From Lama guanicoe (lineage: Eukaryota), in assembly GCA_013239625.1 (NCBI GenBank), contig MU054323.1:20481082-20545081 (forward strand): a stretch of 64,000 bases of DNA, in the 5' to 3' direction. The notes beneath the pieces were generated by a model, which saw nothing but the letters and a program-made list of their open reading frames with translations, made no database searches and was not told the DNA's origin. Shown here piece by piece: positions 12,101-21,383 of this stretch. The first letter of the stretch is position 1. Every line of letters begins with the position of its first letter. The position numbers and the translations under genes were made by a program.

Positions 12101-13089
12101 CAGCCCCCATCCTAGGCTTGCTCACAAATATGAAGCTAAGGCTTGAAAACAGGCTTGTGGCCAAACCCCACCTCATCGTCCTCTTCTTCCAGGGCCTATC
12201 TCCACCCAGGTCCTGGCTGAGCGGCTGCCGCTTCAGCGCCCTGCTGCAGGCAGGGGTGTTGCCACCGTGGGGTGACTGGCCGGCCGGTCAGCCCCCACCA
12301 AGATGGCAGCTCAGGGAGACAGCAGGGCCTTTGTCTGGTCCTGACCCTGCTGGGAGGCCTGCCGGCCTGAGTTTGCTCAGTGTTAATCATTGACCAGGTG
12401 CCCAGTGACAGGGCCCCTCCGGCCAGCCGGATGGAGGGCACTCGGGGCTGGGGCCTCGGCCTCTCCCAGCATCAGGTGGGGCTCACCTGGGGCCAGGGGA
12501 GGAGAGGGTCCTGGCCTTGGGTGAAGATCAAAGAAGCCCAATGCCTCCCCCACTGCTCCCTGAACCCAGAATTAAGTGAGGTTCTGAAAGGGTCCAGCCC
12601 AGGGTGGCTGCCACCCTCCAAGTTCTGACCCTCCAGAAGGACGAGGAGGGGAGGAGAAACACGTTTACCCTAAAAAGAAAGGAGATGGAGGATGGAGAGA
12701 AGAAGAATGAAGGTGTGAGGTTCCCTGAGGAGGACAGAGCTGGACTCTTAGATCCAGCGTCCCCATCCCTTCAGCACGTGGCCACAGACCCCCTCCTGAG
12801 ACCCTCTGATGGAAAATGCCAGCCAGAGAGGATGCTGGGGTTGACACCTTCTGGGCCAGAGAGAAGAAGGTGAGGACCCCTAGCCCTGGTCAGACCACCC
12901 CTGGTTTCTGCTCTGGGTGAGTCCAGCACCATCCACTCCTAAGCCACATCAGAGGGGCTCAGCCGGAACCAAGGAGGAAGGGATGAGCTGATGGGCATCT
13001 CGTGCATCTCGAGCGGCAGAGGGGAAGAGGGAGAGGAGAGAGAGAGGGAGAGCGATGCTGTTTACAGCAGCACCAGCTCTTGCTGCTGT

Positions 13090-13260
13090 TTGTAAGTGTA
13101 AGGGAACTCGGTCCGTCATCCTAAACAGCCCTGTGAGCTGGGTGCTGTGACTCCCCCGTCTGACAACAGAGAAAACGGAGGCTCAAGTCAGTCACCTGTC
13201 CAAGTCCCAGAGTTGGGAAACAGCAGAGCAGAGGCAGTCTGACTCCAGCCCTGTGACCCG
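13090..13260 (-). mobile_element. MIR
   Basis: 'tcatcctaaacagccctgtgagctgggtgctg...agagaaaacggaggctca...acctgtccaagtcccagag...gcagtctgactccag'. Confidence 0.6.
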
Positions 13261-14632
13261 TCCCACTCTCTTATCTGCCGGGGTCAGGGCCGGGGTAGGG
13301 GGTGCAGGAGGGGGATCAGGGGCCTGCAGCAGTGTAGAGCGGAGGAGAGTTGGGTAGGGGTGCTGCTTGCGGATGCCTTTGAGGTGGAAGAGGGTGGGAA
13401 TCCTGCTGCTTCCGATACTGAAGCCTGACCACCCAGTACCCTCCTTAGGGAAGGAGACCAGGTGGGCTGGCCCCTGGGTTTCAGGCAGGTGTGTCTCAGG
13501 CCTTGAGAGGGAGGGGCAGCAAGCCTCACCCCGCTTTTCAACCCCGCCTCCCCTTCCCCTTTGGCTTCACCTGTGAGAAGTCAATATTGATGTTTTATGA
13601 CCCAAGATAAACACACGTTCTTTTCCTCCCATAGAAGGGTTATCTGGTATGGAGGGTTAATCAATGACCACTGGAGGTGGGGGAAGCCTCCCAGAAGAAA
13701 GCAGCTATTCAATTCAACCCCCTCAGCCAGGCCTCTCCCCTTCCCTCCTCCCCCACCTTCTGACCTGGCCCTGCCAGTGGGTGGGGACAAGGCATTTGGG
13801 AATCTGAGCTGGAGTCTGAATGGGTGTGTTTGGGGAATGTGTCCAAAGAGAGCATCCGTGAAGCAGTTTGCTCAATATACGGTGGTTTTCACCGCAACAA
13901 CTGTTTTAATTGGTTGGCAGCGTGGGGTGGGGGAGGTGGTTCCCCCACACGTGGCTGCCGTGGGCCCAGCCTGGCTAGGCATCAGGGAGAAAGAGTGAGC
14001 CCTGTCCTCTGGGCACCATACGCAGAGGTAAGACTTGTGTCACAGGGCACATGAGATGACCCAAGATGAAGCCGGCCATTCCCCAGGCCGGAGTGTTGGA
14101 GCCCAACGCATGGGCCAGCCCTGCCTCTCACCCGCTGTGTGGCCTTGGATGGTGGTGTAAAACCTCTGGGCCTCAGGTGCCACCCTCCCCTCTCCTCACA
14201 GGGGGTTTCGAGGATCGAATGAGATCTTGAACTTAGACTAGGGAGAAGATAAAGTGACTATTTAAAGTTCAACAAGATTGTAGCCTCCTCTGCCTTCTAT
14301 GGGAAGGCCACAGTTCATCTCTGGGTTGATGGCAGTGATGTGTCTTTAGGGTTTAGAGAATGGAGTGCCCCTGAGCATAGCCTGTGGGGTGAGGCTGAGC
14401 CCAAGCAGGAGCTGAAGGGTGCTGCAGGATGAAGTGCAGGGAACTGTGATGCTGTGAGGGCCTTTCCCAGAGTGCTTAAGGGACCCAAGAATAGGTGAGA
14501 ATAGAGAGATGTCAGGAGAGAAGGCTTGAGAATAAATACTGTGTCGGGCAGAGGAGGGACCAATAGAGGAATACTGCTAAAGAGAAATTCCCTGGGGTGG
14601 GGAACCACTAACACATTTTGAGGAAGTAGTAT

Positions 14633-15182
14633 TGAGACAGGAAGGAAGGGGGCAGGGCACAGCCACTCAAAGAATGACACAGCATTCAACATCAAGGTGG
14701 CGGAAGGTTCAACTCCCAACAGACCTTGAGGCCCAAGATGGCGGGAGACTTGACTTCCAGTAGACCTTGAACTTCGTTATGCACTTATTTGTAATATATG
14801 AGTATTGTGAATGGCGCTTCCCACAGGCGCCATGACAGTTCCAAAGCTGACCATAAAAGGTCAAAATGTGGGCAGTGGCCCAGTTCCTGGGAATCTCTGC
14901 CTCCTCCCCAGGTTGGAATAGCCCTCCCACTTGTTAACATATGAAGTTACTGAGCCCATAAAAACTAACGACCCCCACAGCTTGTGGCCGCTCTCCCTTC
15001 TGAGTGAGACAGACTGCACCCTTGTCTATGGAGTATGTATCTCTCTGAGTAAATCTACTTTTACTCAGTGGTGGCTTGCTCTTGAATTCTTTCCAAGGAC
15101 CCACACTTGGTGGGTTGCATCCCAGGGACTCAGCTGAGACTTGGGACTTGGCCATCCTCTCATCTCACATTTTCCTGTATCA
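14633..15182 (+). mobile_element. Solo LTR of an ERV1-class endogenous retrovirus (MER41-like), 550 bp
   Basis: Starts TGAGACAGGAA and ends TTCCTGTATCA (terminal inverted repeat, TG...CA). 4-bp TSD GTAT at 14629-14632 and 15183-15186. CATAAAAA TATA-like box and AGTAAA poly(A)-like signal lie in LTR order. Family name is from recalled resemblance only. Confidence 0.85.
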
Positions 15183-15379
15183 GTATATGACTTTGAATTT
15201 GAAGTCATTTTCTCTCCTATGCTAAAATCACTCTCCCTTATTCCTGAACTTGATTAAACATCTGCCACACATATGAGGCTTGGGTTCTTGGTCCGTCAGG
15301 AGGGATGAGGAGGAGACTGGCATCCGCTGCTGTTATGTTTGGCCTCCCAGTTCGAGCTGCCAAAATCTCCATATTTGAT

Positions 15380-16585
15380 TTAGACCACCTGGAAGTAGAG
15401 TTCTGCCATCAAAAATCCATATGTGGCATTGGCTTTTGCAGTCGGGTGGGGCAGACACAGATATGCAGACTGGCAAGTTGGTGACCCTTGCTATGCTCAG
15501 GTAGAAGATCTAGCAGAACTGTCATCTGTGATCAGTACCTTGATAGGAGCCTGTAACTTTAGGAGGACTTGAAAACTGGAGGGTCCTGACTTCTTCTTGC
15601 TGCATTCAACAGATCCCTAGGTAAGAGAAATAAACTTAGGTTAGACCTAGCCAGTTTGCAAGCAGAGATGGAAGGGAATATGGTTCTACTAAGGGGACAC
15701 CGATGCCTGCCGCCTGCAATCTAAGTTGACTGAGAGTCTGGAAACTTGGAGCCTTGAAGAGTTGTAAATGCCAGTTGCTTCTGTACCCCAGATGGAAGGA
15801 GTGACCTAAGTTGGCTCTGAACAGACAGCCTTAGTAGGAGTTGAGACAATGGCCCTGAGCCTTTCTCAAGCTCTCCCAGTTGAGAATTCTCTGCCAGACC
15901 ATGGGAGTCAGCCCAGCAGCCAAGATCAGATTAAGGGTGTTCCCTTTCCACCCTGGCCTGTTGTCTCAGATGGCCTGAAGATAACAGCCGTTAAGCTGAG
16001 ACAGGGGTCTGGGCAGAGCACGGAAGCCGGTAAAACTACAGCCAGTTTTCAGCCTGACAAGCTCTGTCAGAACACAACCTTTGGCTGAGCTACCTGCACA
16101 GGGAACTGAGTTGAAGCAAATAGTTCAGAAGCCTTAGGGGGGCGTATTCTTCAATGTGGTTCTGGAGGACAGAGGCCAGAAAGAGTCTCCCAGAGGGCAA
16201 AGCCAGGAACCAAGGAGGACAGTGGACAAGCAAGTCACTTCACAGAAGGAGGAGTCTGTAACTTCTAACTAACATGATTTGGCAATTGCTATGGCCTGGG
16301 GCCATCAGTGTAGTTCCCGTTGTTTTATTTTCCGAATAGGAATTGTTTTTAAAGTGTGGTATGTGGTTCTTGTTCCATCATTGTGTGTTGGAGGAGGGTG
16401 GGGGGCAGATAATATCTTTTAGGTGTGTTGGCCTCCAGGCGACAGGTAACCGAATCTGGACCTGACTGAGGTGTTGGGGGCAGGATGCCCTGGTGTTTGC
16501 GGTTGCTTGTCTTGGGAGGCAATGTTAGTGTTTTATGTGTGAAAAGAAGGGTGATCCCAGATAGTAAGGTGGCGAAAGGGGTGGA
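15380..16585 (+). mobile_element. MaLR internal region (MLT1-int-like)
   Basis: Colinear similarity with 30388-31130 and 33060-33725 (e.g. 'agcctttctcaa...gggagtc...cagcagcc.agatcagattaag.gtgtt'); it runs directly into an MLT1 LTR. Confidence 0.65.
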
Positions 16586-16587
16586 CT

Positions 16588-17053
16588 GTGGCAGAGACTG
16601 CTAATTTGCCCCAACATCCATTTTCCCCTTGCCTCTTTAATAATATAACACCTGACTTCTAGTGGCCACCCAGGATAGCACTGCATTTCTCTGACTCCTT
16701 TGAAGTTATATGAGGCTATAACTAATTTCTGGCCAGTGAGATGTGAATAAATTGATGGTACAAGTTCTGCATCATATCAAAAAAAGGCAGGAGACTCTCT
16801 CTGTCCCTTTCCCTGTCCCGATGGCTGGAAGGAAGAGATATTGGAGGGTCATGTTGGTCCACGCATATGAGTGTAAAACTCTTAAGGCTGGTGGAGCAAC
16901 CAGATAGGAGCTTGGATTCCAATATTGCAGGGCTGAGCCAGTGTGCCAGTTGGGACTTTAAAGTGAGACAGAAATAAACTTGCTCAAACCACTGGTATTT
17001 GGGGGTTTTGTTTGTTTTTGGATTAGCAGTTGAGCCCCTAATCTAAGTAATAC
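16588..17053 (+). mobile_element. Old MaLR LTR (MLT1I/J/K-like), 3' LTR of the element above
   Basis: Starts 'tgtggcagagactgcta', contains 'ctgcatttctctgactcctttg', 'ttctggccagtgagatgtga', 'gaaataaactt..aaaccactg', and ends 'taataca'. Confidence 0.7.
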
Positions 17054-17545
17054 AGACGCACCTCAATTACTGCAATATAATGGAATAAGTGCTCTAGTAG
17101 ACCCATGGGTAAGGCGCTACGGCAATAAAGTGAAAAGAGTGATTGATTCTGTTTGAGAGAAATCTGGGAAGACTCCCAGGAGGGGGTGATATTTGAAAAG
17201 CATCTTGGAAGATGAGAGATTTTTCCAGATGCAAAAATGAGGCGAAAGGGAAGGACATACTTGATAGTTGGACAACATGAGCAAAAGCTCAAAGTGGTGA
17301 AAGCACCTGACAAACAGCTCAGATGTATAAAGAGAGAGGTAGTTCTGGGAGATGGGACTGGTGACATAGATGGGGCCAGTTGGTAAGGACCTTGAACATC
17401 ATGCTGTGAAATTTAGACTTCATCATTTGGAACCACTGAAGGGTTTGAGAGGGAAATAACATGATCTAATTTTTTTTTTTTAAAAGTAAGTCTGGCACCA
17501 GTGTGTAAGATGGATTTGAGAAGAGAGATCCTGGGGGCAGGGGGA
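17054..17545 (-). mobile_element. L2 LINE fragment
   Basis: 'tctgggaagactcccaggagggggtgatatttgaa', 'aaggaccttgaacatcatgctgtgaaatttagacttcatc', 'acatgatctaattt..ttaaaag'. Confidence 0.7.
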
Positions 17546-17559
17546 AGGAACTGTGTAAA

Positions 17560-17870
17560 TGTAATGGAACCCAATTCTGATTTTCCCACAGAAACAATAT
17601 TATAACAGAGGTTTATGTTCCTGGCAGTGGGTGTGACATACACATTTTTATAGACCTGACCATAAAACCAAACTCAAGTAGCCATAATGGTATACACATA
17701 ATCTGTACATTACAAAGTTTCTAAATAGTATATGAATAATTAAATAGGGCCACACAGTAACGAACCACAAAAAGATATGTGTATAATATAATATGATGAC
17801 TTTAGTCTCCTATTTCTCCCCTTTAAGAAATTCATTCCATTATAAAAGTAATGTTTATTTATTTTGTTTG
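17560..17870. mobile_element. Possible old Tigger-type DNA transposon fragment
   Basis: AT-rich; 'attttcccacagaaacaatattataacagaggtttatgttcc' resembles a motif in old Tigger consensi. Confidence 0.3.
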
Positions 17871-17894
17871 TTTGTTTGTTCCATTGTTAAATTG

Positions 17895-19400
17895 TTTTTT
17901 TAAAGTAATGTTTATTTTTAATAGCTTTATTGAAGTATAATTGACCTAGAGTGAACAGTACATATTTAAAGTATACAATGTGATATGCTTTGATGTGTTT
18001 ATACAACCCTGAAACCATCACCACAATCAAGAAAATGAACATTTCTGTCACCCTAAGTTTCCTCCTGTGTAATTCCTTTCTCCCACTCCTTCCTCGTCTA
18101 CTCATCCCCAGGCAATCACCAATGTGCTTTTTATTTTTTTTTGAATGTTCTAGAGTTTTATATAAATGGAATCATACAATATGTTCTCTTTTTTGTCTGA
18201 CTTATTTCCCTCAGCATAATTATTTTTGTGACACATCCATGTTGCAGCACGTATGAATAGGTGATTCCTTTTTAATGTTGAGTAATATTCCATTGTACAG
18301 GTATACAACAGTTTGCATATCCATTCTCCTGTTGATGGACCTTTGGGTTGTTTCCAGTATTCAGCTAGTACAAATAAAGCTGCTATGTGCTTTCATGAAT
18401 AAGTCTTTGTAGAAACATGTGCTTTCATTTCTCTGGGTAAATACCTAGGGGTGGAATGGCTGGATCACGTGATAGGTGTATGTTTAACTTAAAAAAAAAA
18501 ACTGCCAAAAACTGTTCCAAAGTGGTTGGTGGCTGTACCATTTTATATTCTCACAATTATGTATGCAAGTTCCAGTTCCTCCACATCCTTGCCAAAACTT
18601 GGTAGGGTCAGTCTTTTTTATTTTAGCCATCCTAGTAGGTTTTTAGTGGTATCTCTAATCTTTCATCCATTATTTATTAGATTGTTTCCTTATAATTGTG
18701 TTTTGCAAATTCCGTGTATATTTTGGATACAAGTCCTGTATCAGATATATGATTTGCAAATACTTTCTCTAAGTCCGTGACTCTTCTTTTCATTCTCTTA
18801 ATAGTGATTGTTAAGAGCAGACATTTTTAATCTGGATAAAGTCCAATTAATCAATTTACTCTTTTATGGATCATGCTTTTAGTGCTATATCTAAGAAAAT
18901 TTTGCCTACCCTATGGTCACAAAGGTTTTCTTCTAGATGTTTTTACCATTTTAGGTTTTACATTTAAGTCTAAGTCCATTTTTTATATTTTGTATACAGC
19001 ACAAAGTATAGAGAGAGAGTCATTTTTTTACTTATGGGTATGCAATAGTTCCAACAGCTTTTGTTGAAAACGCCGTCTTTCTTGCACTGCATTGCCTTGG
19101 TGCCTTGTTGAAACTCACTTGTCCGTGTAAGTATAGGATGATACTTATAGGTCAATTCCACCTCAATAAAGCTATTAAAAAATTACAGGGTCTATTTCTG
19201 GTTTCTTTATTCTGTTCCATTGATGTCTGTCTTTATGTCAATATCACACTGTCTTGATTTACTTTAGCCTTTTAATAAATTTTGAAATCAGGTAGTGTTT
19301 TCTAACTTTATTCTTCAGAAGTCTGTTTGACATTTCTAGGTCCTTGGCACTTCCATAGGAATGTTAGAATCAGTTTTTCAAACCTCTGCTTACTTTTGTA
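17895..19400 (-). mobile_element. Old L1 (L1MC/MD-like): 3' UTR plus degenerate ORF2 end
   Basis: 'tagctttattgaagtataattgac', 'ggacctttgggttgtttccag', 'gggtaaatacctaggggtggaatggctggatca', 'ttttggatacaagtcctgtatcagatatatgatttgcaaata'. A short opposite-strand L1 3' end ('tcaattccacctcaataaagct') sits at ~19140-19182. Confidence 0.85.
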
Positions 19401-19554
19401 TATAGAATAGATGAAGAAGAAAGTAAAAATCACGATAATCTTACCTTTTAGAGATTATCCCTGGTAATATTTTGGTTGTATACTTCTGGACTCTTTCTAT
19501 GCTTTAAAATATTTGCTTTATTAAATGTTTATGTAGGATTATATGCTAAGCACT

Positions 19555-20130
19555 TTTTTTAAAATTAGGCTGATTGAAATATAATTGATATACAGTAAAA
19601 TTCACTCTTCAAGGGTATGGTTTAATGAGTTTTGACAAATATATAGAATTTTGACAAATATATAGAGTTTTGACAAATATATAGAGTTTTGACAAATATA
19701 TAAAAATAACCACCATCATAGTCAAGATGTAGAATATTTTCATCACTCTAAAAAGTTCCTTAATGCCCTTCTGCAGTCACTCCCCTCTTCCAGCCCACAG
19801 GAATCACTGTATACAAATGTTTATAGCAGCTTTATTCATCATTGCCCCAAACTGGAAACAACTCAAATGTCCTTCAACTGGTGATTGGATAAACAAACTG
19901 TGGTACGTCCATACAATGGATTACTGCTTAGCAATAAAAGGAACAAATGACTCATATACACAACTTGGATGAAATTCAAAAGCAATATGTGTCTGGCTTC
20001 TTTCACTTAGCATATTGCTTTTGAATTTGCATACAGGTATTTGTGTGCACATGTGTTTTCATTTCTCTTGGATAAATACCTAGAAGTAGGATTGCTGAAT
20101 CATTTGCTAAGTGAATGTTTACCTTTATGC
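19555..20130 (-). mobile_element. Old L1 3' UTR fragment with an internal inverted block and a tandem repeat
   Basis: 'ctgattgaaatataattgatatacagtaaaattcactctt', 'caccatcatagtcaagatgtagaatattttcatcactctaaaaagttcc', 'ttctcttggataaatacctagaagtaggattgctg'; 19807-19989 is in the opposite orientation. Confidence 0.8.
19627..19702. repeat. Tandem repeat, 4 x 19 bp (GAGTTTTGACAAATATATA)
   Basis: Four copies read directly; one substitution in copy 2. Confidence 0.95.
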
Positions 20131-20383
20131 ATTTTGAGTCTTGGTATTCATGATGGCTGTAGCTGTTAAGAGACACTTCATTAAATAATAAGCATGCATC
20201 ATTTGCTGTTCCCATTAAATCATGACATTTGTATTTCACTCCCATATATCCATTATGCAATTTATTTTGACACTTATCTAGTAAATGTCCACCTTTCCTG
20301 GTTTCAAATAGTTATTCTTGTGAAATAATTGGAACATTTGTTTTTATTTTTTTAACAAACTGATTCAAAGTTCTCTTAAACTC

Positions 20384-20975
20384 CTTTTCTTTAATTGAAG
20401 TATAATCAGTTTACAATGTTGTGTCAATTTCCGGTGCACAGCATAATTGTTCAGTGATACATATACATACATACATATATTTGTTTTCATATTCTTTTTC
20501 ATTATGGGTTACTACAAGATATTGAATGTAGTTCCCTGTATTATACAGTATAAACTTATTGTTTATCTATTTTATTTACTTTTGGGGTATATTTTTAATT
20601 TTTATTTATTTATTTAATTGAAGTATAGTTGATTTACAATGTTGTGTTAGTTTCTGGTGGATGTTTAACTTTTTTTTGTATACATGTATTTTTATTGAAG
20701 TATAGTCAATTTACAATACTGTGTCAATTTCTGGTGTACAGTATAATGCTTCAGTCATACATAAACATACATATATTCATTTTTATATTCTTTATTACCA
20801 TAAGTTACTACAAGATATTGAATATAGTTCCCTGTGCTATGCAGTATGACCTTGTTTATCACTGTTTATCTATTTTATATATAATAGTTAATATCTGCAA
20901 ATCTCTAACTCCCAATTTATGCCTTCCCACTCCCTTCCTCCCCTGATAACCATAAGTTTGTTTTCTATGTCTGTG
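20384..20975 (-). mobile_element. Three stacked younger L1 3'-end fragments
   Basis: The motif 'attgaagtata..(c/g)(ag/at/aa)tttacaat..tgtgt.a.ttt.(c/t)ggtg' restarts at ~20394, ~20617 and ~20694. The block is flanked by TCTTAAACTC at 20374-20383 and 20976-20985. Confidence 0.8.
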
Positions 20976-21311
20976 TCTTAAACTCTTTGTTTGGAAAATT
21001 ATCCAAACTTATTTCTTTAACTGTGTAGATAGAATTTTTAATAGCTTTTACATAATTTCCTGTAATAATATCACCTTATGATAGAAACATTTCCAAATAA
21101 CCATTTTCAAAATGCTCTCTTCTTAGCATACATTTTATTTGAAAAGATACTCCTCTCTCAGTGATTGTTAAAATGTTTCTTATATGTTGATAGGAAGGAC
21201 TGGTTTTGTCTGAAATGTTGACTGGGGTCACACCCTACCGATAGGCACCTGTCATAGAAAAGGTCAGAGACTCTAGGACATACTTGTCTTTCTATAAAAG
21301 AAAAATGCACA

Positions 21312-21383
21312 TGAACACTGGAATTTGACACAACACTGTAAAATGATTATGAATCAATAAAAAATGTAAAAAAAAAAAGAAAG
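21312..21383 (+). mobile_element. Extremely 5'-truncated L1 3' end with poly(A)
   Basis: 'cactggaatttgacacaacactgtaaaatgattatgaatcaataaaaaa..' with TSD GAAAAATGCACA at 21300-21311 and 21384-21395. Confidence 0.8.

Noticed and set aside
19627..19702. CRISPR-like repeat array
   Set aside because: Head-to-tail units with no spacers, inside a mammalian L1; an ordinary minisatellite.
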